Shown here: one piece after another, positions 1 to 7,624 of the stretch | Layout: each line of letters begins with the position of its first letter | How positions within the stretch are numbered: the first letter of the stretch is position 1 | Assembly: GCA_046760205.1 (NCBI GenBank) | Contig: JBHIDS010000002.1 | Coordinates: 1-35,285, forward strand | Length of the DNA: 35,285 bases | Direction: 5' to 3' | Origin: Candidatus Methanofastidiosia archaeon | Lineage (GTDB): Archaea; Methanobacteriota_B; Thermococci; Methanofastidiosales; SZ-28-30 | Notes under the pieces: model-generated | Databases searched by the model: none | The model's input: the letters and a program-made list of their open reading frames with translations, nothing else | What the model was told of the DNA's origin: nothing | Translations under genes and position numbers: made by a program

Positions 1-354
1 AATGACAATAATCCATGCTTTTTTTTTGATAAAGCTTTCTCTCTTTTTATACTTTCTAAATTCTTTTTCATTCATCCTTTTTATCGATCCTATCTTCAAG
101 TAGTAATTGAAACTTATGAGTATCAAAGCTATGATCAAAATTCCTATGAGATAATTTTTTGGAAAAAATTCTATGAATTCTTCTGGTATTAAAATAAAAG
201 ATAAGATCAAGGGTATTCCCAATCCAATCACCACAATTTCCAAACTGAAGTATCTCTTAAGTTTTTTCTTCAACATGAAAATAGTTGGAATTGAAAGTAA
301 CAATATCACCCATGCAAGAATTATCCTTGTAAGCCAAATCATTTCGTTCTCCAT
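1..354 (-). CDS. Integral membrane protein, N-terminal 118 codons only (gene runs off the window start)
   Basis: Absent from the ORF track because it has no stop inside the window. Hand translation of the minus strand from ATG 354..352 to base 1 is stop-free: MENEMIWLTRIILAWVILLLSIPTIFMLKKKLKRYFSLEIVVIGLGIPLILSFILIPEEFIEFFPKNYLIGILIIALILISFNYYLKIGSIKRMNEKEFRKYKKRESFIKKKAWIIVI. It has three hydrophobic helices, AAGGTG 5 nt upstream of the ATG, and lies on the same strand as the upstream genes. Preferred over the antisense track ORF 173..397. Confidence 0.45.
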   Translation of the reverse strand, partial: MENEMIWLTRIILAWVILLLSIPTIFMLKKKLKRYFSLEIVVIGLGIPLILSFILIPEEFIEFFPKNYLIGILIIALILISFNYYLKIGSIKRMNEKEFRKYKKRESFIKKKAWIIVI

Positions 355-548
355 TTTAGCACCTTATTTTTTTGAATTCGGTTTAGGATTATATTAACTT
401 TTTGGTTTAAAAATCCCACATATATCCCAAATCAATAGGTGAAACATGAAAAGAATCTTTATCATCGTTATTTTTCCTCCTCAACTTCGTTTTTTTCTCA
501 AATTGGGCTTTGTTTGAAAGTGATGTTGTAAAAATCAAAGATTTAGAG

Positions 549-1151
549 TTAGGATGAAAAGAGTCTCTTCTCTCTAACATCCTCAACGAGTTTAAGAATG
601 TCTCTCCTGAGATTTGGAACCAGATCAGAGATGGCATAGAATCCGATAACACCAATGAGAACTCCTCCAAGGTTGTAGGTGAGATCGTGGGCATACTTCC
701 AAGCCAATCCTTTCTCGAAAAAGAATATAACAAGAGTAAGCCTTAAAGTGTTTAGGAAGTATAAGAGGAGAGCGAGAATTATCAGAGATTTGAGTTTATC
801 TGAGAGTTTGGCTTCTGTTGCAAGAACCAATCCGAGAAAGAGTCCAAATATGGGAACTATGGTGCAGTTCACTGTTATCTCATAGGTTCCAATTGTGGAG
901 CTCTGAGTTTGGGCAGCTTTTCTTATGCTCTCTATGGCAGGATTTAAGATAATCCAAACCTTTTCATCCAAAACTGACACAGACTTGTTCTGACCAAGAA
1001 GGTTCAAAAGTCCTACCGCATGGATTGCAGTCTGTTTTCTGAACCAGAAGTAATTGGATATAAAATAGATGAAGAGAAAAACTCCAACTGTAATAGATAG
1101 AAAGACAAGACTTCTGTTGAGACCAAACTTCTTTTCTACTGCATCACTCAA
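549..1151 (-). CDS. Exosortase/archaeosortase-family-like polytopic membrane protein (stand-alone, Cys-containing paralog)
   Basis: Track ORF 549..1181. The likely start is TTG 1151 (AGAGGTGG, then 5 nt, then TTG), overlapping the upstream stop at 1144 by 8 nt. The protein is polytopic. In track numbering the motif order is LLNLLGQNKSVSV, then ITVNC(106)TIVPIF, then NTLR(147)LTL exactly 41 residues later, then AH(165)DL 18 residues after that. This Cys...Arg...His layout in consecutive TM helices matches what I know of the EpsH/ArtA family. The Cys codon TGC was verified at 866..864. Assignment by eye only. Confidence 0.6.
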   Translation of the reverse strand: MSDAVEKKFGLNRSLVFLSITVGVFLFIYFISNYFWFRKQTAIHAVGLLNLLGQNKSVSVLDEKVWIILNPAIESIRKAAQTQSSTIGTYEITVNCTIVPIFGLFLGLVLATEAKLSDKLKSLIILALLLYFLNTLRLTLVIFFFEKGLAWKYAHDLTYNLGGVLIGVIGFYAISDLVPNLRRDILKLVEDVREKRLFSS

Positions 1152-2607
1152 GTGAACCACCTCTGTGGAATCTCTCCTCAAGCTCCCTTTTAAAGTTTTT
1201 GAGAGAGAGATTCAACTCTTCCTCAAACTCTGGAATCTCTGGGGAGAGGAATTTTAAGAGGATGTAACTCTCTGCAATAAAAAATAAGTAATATGGAAGG
1301 TCGTGAGCCCAAAACATGGAAAATCCAAGGTTTGTTCCATAGAGAAGCAAAGACAGCCTTACGAGATTTGAGGAAAAAACGACGAAAAACACCTTGAAAA
1401 TAGCTTTGAGCCTCTTTGAAAAGGTTGTCTTAGATGCTATACACATCCCAAAGAAGAGAAAAAGAATTGGGAGGGCTGCAGAGTTTTTGGAGAGTAGGTA
1501 ATCATCGACAAGGGAAAAATCGCCTAAGAACTCCACCCTCACAGAGTATCCCAAAAAGTCTAAGAGCTTATAGAGGATGATGGTGGTGATTCTTCGAAAG
1601 ATGTAGTAATCTGAGATTTTATAGAGAAAGGTTGTAACTAGAAAGGTTTTTAGGAGAAAGTAAAGAATCTTGTTCTCATAGAGATGTCTCAAGATCGATT
1701 CAAGGGTATCCACCAAGACTACTTTCTCCTCTCTTTTCTTCATGTACTCCTCAAGTAGAACTGGAAGGAGAAGAAAGAAAAGAATCACCCAGAAAAAGGA
1801 GGGGATGAACTCCTTAATCTCAACTATGTCTTCCAACTCTGCAGGATCTGATGTATCCACAGTTATCAACTTTCTCTTTGCAAAGTCAGAGACCCAGATG
1901 AAGTTTTCCTGGAGAGCCACTCCAAGAGGGTATGCAGTTGGAGCCTGGAACCAATCCACCATCTCGCCATTTGTGGTATCAAAGCTATAGATTATTCCTC
2001 CAGAGAAGTCTGAAATTATTAAATACTCTCCATCCCAGTCCATTCCCTTAGGGTGCTCTCTCGGAGCCCTGAATCTCTTCTTCATCTCCCCAGTTTCTGT
2101 ATCTATTGTGTAGATTATGCCAGCAGGTTTTGCGTAGATGTCTGGAAATCCCTCTGTTCCATAGACATCTGAGACCCAGAGGTTCTCACCATCCCAGGCA
2201 AGCCCCCATGGAGTGGATAGAGGGGTTTTCAGCTCTAAGAGTACCTCACCCTTTAAAGAGAGCATGAAGAGCTTTCCTCCAATGAAGTCTGCATTCCAAA
2301 GATGCTCTCCATCCCAGGCAAGGCCTGCAGGCTTTACAGCAGGCGTTTTGAAGCTCTCAAGAACTTCAAACGTTTGGGGGTCCATTACCTTAATTAGTTT
2401 TTTCCTTGAGTCTGCAAGATATAGCTTTCCCTCAACAAACACCAATCCTTTATAGACGGTTGAGGGGTCTCTGAACTCTTGAACAGTTTCAAAGTAGTTT
2501 GAGACCTCTCTCTTTACAAGTTTTAATTTATAATCTCTGTAAAGGAGGATGGAAAAAGTGAAAAAAGCCAGAATGAACAAAATGATGAGCTTGTTTATCT
2601 TCTTCAA
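1144..2607 (-). CDS. Fusion protein: N-terminal TM anchor + five-bladed beta-propeller (glutamine cyclotransferase-like) + TM + C-terminal archaeosortase-like polytopic domain with Ser in the Cys position
   Basis: 487-aa ORF with a TTG start at 2607 preceded by GGTGAT plus 3 nt. Residues 5-22 are hydrophobic. Five repeats of the type G(L/M)(A/D)WDGE.LW..D...(I/L)....D cover residues ~55-250, and a DPQTFEVL segment is reminiscent of plant/bacterial glutaminyl cyclase. A TM helix spans residues 271-285. Residues ~300-455 align with the 549..1151 protein: LLDFLGYSVRVE, KNS(376)AALPIL, NLVR(417)LSL, AH(435)DL, with the identical 41 and 18 residue spacings. Confidence 0.7.
   Translation of the reverse strand: MKKINKLIILFILAFFTFSILLYRDYKLKLVKREVSNYFETVQEFRDPSTVYKGLVFVEGKLYLADSRKKLIKVMDPQTFEVLESFKTPAVKPAGLAWDGEHLWNADFIGGKLFMLSLKGEVLLELKTPLSTPWGLAWDGENLWVSDVYGTEGFPDIYAKPAGIIYTIDTETGEMKKRFRAPREHPKGMDWDGEYLIISDFSGGIIYSFDTTNGEMVDWFQAPTAYPLGVALQENFIWVSDFAKRKLITVDTSDPAELEDIVEIKEFIPSFFWVILFFLLLPVLLEEYMKKREEKVVLVDTLESILRHLYENKILYFLLKTFLVTTFLYKISDYYIFRRITTIILYKLLDFLGYSVRVEFLGDFSLVDDYLLSKNSAALPILFLFFGMCIASKTTFSKRLKAIFKVFFVVFSSNLVRLSLLLYGTNLGFSMFWAHDLPYYLFFIAESYILLKFLSPEIPEFEEELNLSLKNFKRELEERFHRGGSLE
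1874..2379. repeat. 506-bp tract 100% identical to 2970..3475 (direct repeat, offset 1096 bp), internal to the propeller-coding region
   Basis: Base-by-base comparison of the two stretches found no mismatch from ctctttgcaaagtcagagac... to ...cttcaaacgtttgggg. The encoded 168-aa segments and the antisense-frame ORFs are identical in the track. The flanks diverge immediately (t vs c at 1873/2969, g vs a at 2380/3476). Confidence 0.9.
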
Positions 2608-2616
2608 TCCATCACC

Positions 2617-2787
2617 CTAAAAAAGTAAGAGAACCAAAAGCCCCAGTAGAATCATCACTACTATTAAAATTATGAAGGGAAAAAAAATGGTCTCTAAAGT
2701 TGCTATGGTAATGGCTATGTAGTCCTTCCAGTCAGGTTTTATCTCGTCTTTTTTTTTCTCAAAATCATCAAATTCAAAGTCTCTCAT
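2617..2787 (-). CDS. Small membrane protein, 56 aa (sORF below the track cutoff); paralog of 11358..11495
   Basis: Hand translation: MRDFEFDDFEKKKDEIKPDWKDYIAITIATLETIFFPFIILIVVMILLGLLVLLLF, stop TAG at 2619..2617. ATG 2787 is preceded by GAGGTGA plus 3 nt and overlaps the last 14 nt of the upstream gene. The sORF exactly fills the gap before the next gene (start 2607). It has an acidic N-terminus plus one TM helix. A second copy with the same (W/F)KDY(I/V)A..IA.L(E/Q)T...PF..LI core sits in the same context elsewhere in the window. Confidence 0.55.
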   Translation of the reverse strand: MRDFEFDDFEKKKDEIKPDWKDYIAITIATLETIFFPFIILIVVMILLGLLVLLLF

Positions 2788-3703
2788 TTCTCACCTCACG
2801 TAGATTTCTTATTTTTTTGGGAAGCCTGCTCTTCATGTACTCCTCTACAAATATTGGTAAAAGAGCGAAGGCAAGAATCACCCAAAACCAACTTGGAACA
2901 AAGTTCTCCCTCTCACCAAATATGTCTCTGTACCTTGCAGGCTTTGAGAGATTGACTTTAAATATAACCCTCTTTGCAAAGTCAGAGACCCAGATGAAGT
3001 TTTCCTGGAGAGCCACTCCAAGAGGGTATGCAGTTGGAGCCTGGAACCAATCCACCATCTCGCCATTTGTGGTATCAAAGCTATAGATTATTCCTCCAGA
3101 GAAGTCTGAAATTATTAAATACTCTCCATCCCAGTCCATTCCCTTAGGGTGCTCTCTCGGAGCCCTGAATCTCTTCTTCATCTCCCCAGTTTCTGTATCT
3201 ATTGTGTAGATTATGCCAGCAGGTTTTGCGTAGATGTCTGGAAATCCCTCTGTTCCATAGACATCTGAGACCCAGAGGTTCTCACCATCCCAGGCAAGCC
3301 CCCATGGAGTGGATAGAGGGGTTTTCAGCTCTAAGAGTACCTCACCCTTTAAAGAGAGCATGAAGAGCTTTCCTCCAATGAAGTCTGCATTCCAAAGATG
3401 CTCTCCATCCCAGGCAAGGCCTGCAGGCTTTACAGCAGGCGTTTTGAAGCTCTCAAGAACTTCAAACGTTTGGGGAGAAATCTTGTATATGAGCTTTGTG
3501 TCAGAGTTTGCAAGCCAAAGATTTTCTCCATCAAAGCAAATCCCTTGCGTGATGTTTGAGGGGCTTTCAAACTTGTTTTCTGTAACGAAGTATCTTGAAA
3601 TAATAGTTTCTCTCCTTTTACTATCGTACACATCATACAAAAAAACAGTGAGAACAAAGATTCCAAAGATGAGCAACAAAATTCTCTTGTTTACCTTTCT
3701 CAA
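2774..3703 (-). CDS. Membrane-anchored five-bladed beta-propeller protein (glutamine cyclotransferase-like), paralog of the N-terminal half of 1144..2607
   Basis: Track ORF 2774..3793. I place the start at TTG 3703, for three reasons: GGTGAT plus 3 nt plus TTG is the same arrangement as the paralog start; it gives (M)RKVNKRILLLIFGIF, which aligns with MKKINKLIILFILAFF; and it avoids an 86-nt overlap with the upstream ATPase gene (stop 3708). Layout is N-terminal TM, propeller repeats, then a C-terminal TM (WFWVILAFALLPIFV) followed by a basic tail. Confidence 0.8.
   Translation of the reverse strand: MRKVNKRILLLIFGIFVLTVFLYDVYDSKRRETIISRYFVTENKFESPSNITQGICFDGENLWLANSDTKLIYKISPQTFEVLESFKTPAVKPAGLAWDGEHLWNADFIGGKLFMLSLKGEVLLELKTPLSTPWGLAWDGENLWVSDVYGTEGFPDIYAKPAGIIYTIDTETGEMKKRFRAPREHPKGMDWDGEYLIISDFSGGIIYSFDTTNGEMVDWFQAPTAYPLGVALQENFIWVSDFAKRVIFKVNLSKPARYRDIFGERENFVPSWFWVILAFALLPIFVEEYMKSRLPKKIRNLREVRNERL
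2970..3475. repeat. Second copy of the 506-bp identical tract (partner 1874..2379)
   Basis: See 1874..2379. Confidence 0.9.
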
Positions 3704-3707
3704 ATAA

Positions 3708-4676
3708 TCACCTTGGAAAGTAGCAAGCGTAGAAGTGCTCATCTCCATTGTCTTTGAACTCAGGTTCTTCCTTTGAACAGATTTCCTTGGCATAATGGCA
3801 TCTTGGATGAAATCTACAGCCTGAAGGTGGGTTTATAGGATTTGGAACATCTCCCCTCAAGATGATTCTCCTCTTCTTGATTTTAGGGTTTGGGATTGGA
3901 ATTGCAGAAACCAGAGCCTCTGTGTAAGGATGCTTTGGAGCCTCGAAGAGGGTATCAACATCTGCAAGCTCCACCAGCTTTCCAACATACATTACAGCCA
4001 CTCTGTCTGAGATGTGCTTTATCATAGAGAGGTCATGGGAAATGAAGAGATAGGTGAGCTTGAATTCTTTCTGAAGGTCATTCATCAAATTTAGAATCTG
4101 AGAGCGTACAGAGACATCCAGTGCTGATGTAGGCTCATCTGCAATTACCAACTTTGGATTGAGTGCAAGAGCTCTTGCAATTCCTATTCTCTGTCTCTGT
4201 CCCCCAGAGAACTCGTGTGGGTATCTGTATATGTGAAAAGGTGCAAGCCCCACCTTGTCCATTAACTCTTGAATTTTTTGAAACTTTTCCTCTTTATCTG
4301 CAACCTTGTGAATGTCGAAAGGCTCTCCTATGATATCATAAACCGTCATTCTCGGATTTAGAGAGGAGTAAGGATCCTGGAAGATGTACTGGATGTTCTC
4401 TCGAAGCTCGTTGAGCTCTCTCTTCTTGAGGTCGAGAATATTTTTTCCACCGTAGTAAATCTCTCCTGAGGTAGGTTCTGTGAGCCTAAGCATGGTTCTT
4501 GCAACAGTGGTCTTTCCACACCCACTCTCCCCCACCAATCCCAAGGTCTCTCCCTCTTTTATCCCAAAGCTCACGCCATCCACTGCCCTTACGTGCCCAA
4601 CAGTCTTCTTGAATATTATTCCTGCCTCTACTGGAAAGTATTTCTTCAAGTTCCTGACTTCTACGAGAAAGCTCAT
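3708..4676 (-). CDS. oppF: Oligopeptide/dipeptide ABC transporter ATP-binding protein (OppF/DppF type)
   Basis: Walker [10 protein letters not shown], signature FSGGQRQR, Walker [14 protein letters not shown]-loop ISHDL, and an Opp-type C-terminal extension [11 protein letters not shown]. The start is moved to ATG 4676 ([14 protein letters not shown]). This forms an ATGA overlap with the upstream stop and aligns with the paralog start at 17522. Confidence 0.93.
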   Translation of the reverse strand: MSFLVEVRNLKKYFPVEAGIIFKKTVGHVRAVDGVSFGIKEGETLGLVGESGCGKTTVARTMLRLTEPTSGEIYYGGKNILDLKKRELNELRENIQYIFQDPYSSLNPRMTVYDIIGEPFDIHKVADKEEKFQKIQELMDKVGLAPFHIYRYPHEFSGGQRQRIGIARALALNPKLVIADEPTSALDVSVRSQILNLMNDLQKEFKLTYLFISHDLSMIKHISDRVAVMYVGKLVELADVDTLFEAPKHPYTEALVSAIPIPNPKIKKRRIILRGDVPNPINPPSGCRFHPRCHYAKEICSKEEPEFKDNGDEHFYACYFPR

Positions 4677-5647
4677 TCCAACAACTCCGCATGATGACAT
4701 GCTGAGAGATGGCTATCTCCCATGCTTCTCAAAACTGGAATCTCTTTTTCACAAATCTCTGTTGCATAATCACACCGAGGGTGAAATCTGCACCCAGAAG
4801 GAGGAAATATTAGGTTTGGAACATTTCCTCTTATGACTCTCAACCTTGCTCTCTCCTGGTCCAATCTTGGAATTGATTCCAAGAGAGCTTTGGTATAAGG
4901 ATTTTTCTGGTTGAGGAATATGCTCTCAACATCTCCATACTCTGCTATTCTTCCAGCATACATCACGGCCACGTCATCGCAGGTTTCTGCTATCAACCCA
5001 AGATCATGGGTGATGTATAGAATTGCAGTGTTGAACTCCTTTTTAATTTCATTCATTAACTCTAAAACCTGAGCCTGGATTGTGACATCCAAGGCTGTGG
5101 TAGGCTCATCTGCAATGAGTAAATTAGGGTTGCATGAAAGTGCCAAGGCAGTCATCACTCTCTGCCTCATTCCCCCAGAGAACTGGTGGGGATAGTCCTT
5201 TGATCTGGACTCTGCCTGTGGAATTCCCATGAGCTCCATCATCTCTACAGCTTTCTTGAGAGCATCTCTCTTACTCAAGTTTTGGTGCAAGATTATGGCT
5301 TCTGCAATCTGGTCCCCAACCGTAAAGACAGGATTGAGGGATGTCATGGGGTCTTGAAATATCATAGAGATCTTGTTTCCTCTTATTTCCCTCATCTCTT
5401 TTTCTGTCATTTCCAAAAGGTTCTCTCCTTTAAAGGAAATCTCTCCCTCAACTATTAAACCTGGAGGATTTGGAACCAGCCTCAAGATCGACAGGGCAGT
5501 GACAGACTTCCCTGAACCTGATTCTCCTACTAGGCCGAGAGTCTCTCCTTCTTTGATATTCAAATCTATTCCGTCTATGGCTTTTACAACCCCATCCTCT
5601 GTGTAAAAGTAGGTCTTAAGTCCTCGAATCTCTATCAAATTTACCAA
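4673..5647 (-). CDS. oppD: Oligopeptide/dipeptide ABC transporter ATP-binding protein (OppD/DppD type)
   Basis: Walker A GESGSGKS, signature FSGGMRQR, Walker [18 protein letters not shown], and C-terminal [14 protein letters not shown] start at 5647 preceded by GGTGGT plus 3 nt. Confidence 0.93.
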   Translation of the reverse strand: MVNLIEIRGLKTYFYTEDGVVKAIDGIDLNIKEGETLGLVGESGSGKSVTALSILRLVPNPPGLIVEGEISFKGENLLEMTEKEMREIRGNKISMIFQDPMTSLNPVFTVGDQIAEAIILHQNLSKRDALKKAVEMMELMGIPQAESRSKDYPHQFSGGMRQRVMTALALSCNPNLLIADEPTTALDVTIQAQVLELMNEIKKEFNTAILYITHDLGLIAETCDDVAVMYAGRIAEYGDVESIFLNQKNPYTKALLESIPRLDQERARLRVIRGNVPNLIFPPSGCRFHPRCDYATEICEKEIPVLRSMGDSHLSACHHAELLE

Positions 5648-5657
5648 TGAACCACCA

Positions 5658-6551
5658 TTACTGTTTCAGTCTTGGATCTAAAGCATCCCGCAAGCCATCT
5701 CCAAAGAAGTTGAAACCAAGAACTGTGAAGAAGATTGCAAGTCCTGGGAAAGTGGCAGCCCACCATGCATATCTGAGAGCATCCCTTCCACGGGTGAGCA
5801 TCTGTCCCCAGGAGGGTTGCGTTGGATCACCAAAGCCAAGAAAAGAGATTCCAGCCTCTGTTAGTATGGCTCCAGCTATTCCAAAGGTTGCCACAACGAG
5901 AATAGAATTCATGGCATTGGGGAGGAGGTGCCTGAAGATTATTCTCAGATCATTTGCCCCAAGAGCTCTTGCAGCCTCTGCATAGTCTGACTCTTTTAGA
6001 GAGAGAATCTGGCTTCTCACTATTCTGCAGTAACCTGTCCATGAAAAGATTCCTATCACAAAGGCGATCATCCATATCCCACCTTGGGGATAGATCTGCA
6101 AAGCAAGGAGAATCACAAAGAGGAAGGGCAAGCTCAAGAATATATCAACGAATCTTTGGATTATGTCATCCACCTTTCCTCCAGAGTAGGCAGAGATGCA
6201 GCCCAAGAAAGTACCAGTTGTGCTTGCTATCAAAACTGCCACAATGCCCACAACCATGGAAATCCTTGCACCCCATATCAATCTCGATAGAACGTCTCTT
6301 CCAAGCTCGTCCGTGCCCAACAAGTGCTTGGAGCTTGGAGGGTCGTAGCGCTCAAATAGAACTATCTCTTTGGGATTGTAGGGAGAAAGCTGAGGTGCAA
6401 ATATGGCTGTGAAAACCACCACCAAAACTATGGCTGAACCGAGTATTGCCATCCTATTTCTCTTTAATCTTCTCAGGACAGTCATCATCTGTCCCATTCT
6501 TCTTCTTTTAACAACGATCTCAGTTTCATCCTTGGTAACATCTATAGCCAT
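5658..6551 (-). CDS. oppC: Opp/Dpp ABC transporter permease (OppC/DppC type)
   Basis: Six-TM BPD-type permease with the typical N-terminal LGTDELGRDVLSRLIWGARIS motif and an EAA-like loop SDYAEAARALGA. GGTGAT plus 3 nt lies before ATG 6551. Confidence 0.92.
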   Translation of the reverse strand: MAIDVTKDETEIVVKRRRMGQMMTVLRRLKRNRMAILGSAIVLVVVFTAIFAPQLSPYNPKEIVLFERYDPPSSKHLLGTDELGRDVLSRLIWGARISMVVGIVAVLIASTTGTFLGCISAYSGGKVDDIIQRFVDIFLSLPFLFVILLALQIYPQGGIWMIAFVIGIFSWTGYCRIVRSQILSLKESDYAEAARALGANDLRIIFRHLLPNAMNSILVVATFGIAGAILTEAGISFLGFGDPTQPSWGQMLTRGRDALRYAWWAATFPGLAIFFTVLGFNFFGDGLRDALDPRLKQ

Positions 6552-6563
6552 TCTATCACCCTT

Positions 6564-7547
6564 TCAGTACTTCACCCTCGGATCCAAAACAGTGTATGAA
6601 ATGTCGACTATGAAGTTGGCAACGACGATGAGAACTGCAAACATCATCAGAATCCCCATGCAAACTGGATAGTCTCTAAGCCCAAGAGCAGAGACATAGA
6701 ACTTTCCCATTCCAGGCCATGAGAAAACAGTCTCTGTTATTGGTGCTCCTCCAATCAAAAGAGCAATGTTTAAGCCAACTACAGTTACCACAGGCAGGAG
6801 ACCATTTCTCAAAGCGTGCTTATATATCACAACTCGCTCTTTCAGTCCTTTGGAGCGTGCAGTCATTATGTAGTCCTGTCTTAAAACCTCAAGCATGTTG
6901 GATCTCACAAGCCGAGTCATGAAGCCCACAAAGGTGACAGCCAGTGCAATAACTGGCAGAACGAGATGCTTTATGTAATCTATGTAGTAAGCTGTGTCTC
7001 TTGGAATGTCTTTACCCAAAAAAGCCACTCCATGAGCTCCCTGAGAGGGAAACCAGCCGAGATGCAGAGAAAAAAGAAATATCGCCATAAGCGCAAACCA
7101 GAATATGGGCATAGAAACTCCCATCAGGGCTCCAGTCATGGCTATGTTATCGAGTTTGGAGTATTGCTTAACTGCAGATAAAACACCAATTGGGATTGCA
7201 ATTATGAGGGAAATAGCGTAAGCCACAGCTTGCATTATCATGGTGTTCCAGAACCTTAACTTTATTTCCTTGGTGACAGGCTCTCCACTTATGTAGGAGT
7301 TACCAAAATCTAAGTGTAAAACATTGTTTAGCCAATAACCATACTGAATGTACCATGGTTTGTCGAGTCCAAGATTGTGCCTCATTCTCTCTACTTCAGA
7401 AGGTGGGAGATTTGGGTTGAGAGAAAATCTCTGGGTTATTGGATCGCCTGGAACAGCATACATTATTCCAAAAATAAGAATAGATATTCCAATTAGTATG
7501 GGAATCATCTGTATGACTCTTTTTATGGCATAATCTCTCACGCCCAT
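6564..7547 (-). CDS. oppB: Opp/Dpp ABC transporter permease (OppB/DppB type)
   Basis: Typical OppB N-terminus (YAIKRVIQMIPILIGISILIF, then PGDP), an EAA loop DYIMTARSKGLKERVVIYKHALRN and the C-terminal LDPRVKY. GGAGGT lies 6 nt before ATG 7547. Confidence 0.92.
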   Translation of the reverse strand: MGVRDYAIKRVIQMIPILIGISILIFGIMYAVPGDPITQRFSLNPNLPPSEVERMRHNLGLDKPWYIQYGYWLNNVLHLDFGNSYISGEPVTKEIKLRFWNTMIMQAVAYAISLIIAIPIGVLSAVKQYSKLDNIAMTGALMGVSMPIFWFALMAIFLFSLHLGWFPSQGAHGVAFLGKDIPRDTAYYIDYIKHLVLPVIALAVTFVGFMTRLVRSNMLEVLRQDYIMTARSKGLKERVVIYKHALRNGLLPVVTVVGLNIALLIGGAPITETVFSWPGMGKFYVSALGLRDYPVCMGILMMFAVLIVVANFIVDISYTVLDPRVKY

Positions 7548-7624
7548 TTTTAACCTCCATTGTTTTTCTTTAATTTACCTTGAATACCTTAAAAAAAATT
7601 TTAAAAATTAAAAAATAAAGAAAT
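7548..7624 (-). terminator. Putative intra-operon oligo-T terminator/attenuator after the binding-protein gene
   Basis: On the transcribed strand, immediately after the stop: atttctttATTTTTTAATTTTTAAAATTTTTTTTaagg, with T6, T5 and T8 runs. Archaeal termination signals are oligo-T tracts. This is the only sizeable gap in the operon. Confidence 0.3.

Noticed and set aside
173-397. Plus-strand 74-aa track ORF at the window start
   Set aside because: It is antisense to a better minus-strand frame (1..354) that has an SD, TM helices and operon continuity. The plus-strand peptide has no recognisable features and no SD.
394-465. 23-aa hydrophobic sORF (MIKILFMFHLLIWDICGIFKPKS) with GGAGG 10 nt upstream
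   Set aside because: It is too short, has no paralog or other support, and cannot be distinguished from chance.
407-733. Minus-strand 108-aa track ORF overlapping the 3' end of the archaeosortase-like gene
   Set aside because: It overlaps 549..1151 by 185 nt in another frame. It has no SD and a low-complexity basic composition. It is probably a chance ORF.
5647-6412. Long plus-strand ORFs inside the Opp, binding-protein, hydrolase and other minus-strand genes (e.g. 5647..5985, 5954..6412, 18538..18846, 21049..21506, 29812..32916 series)
   Set aside because: These are antisense shadow ORFs of clearly homologous genes. Their peptides are Ser/Pro/Arg-rich or low-complexity and they lack SD sequences.
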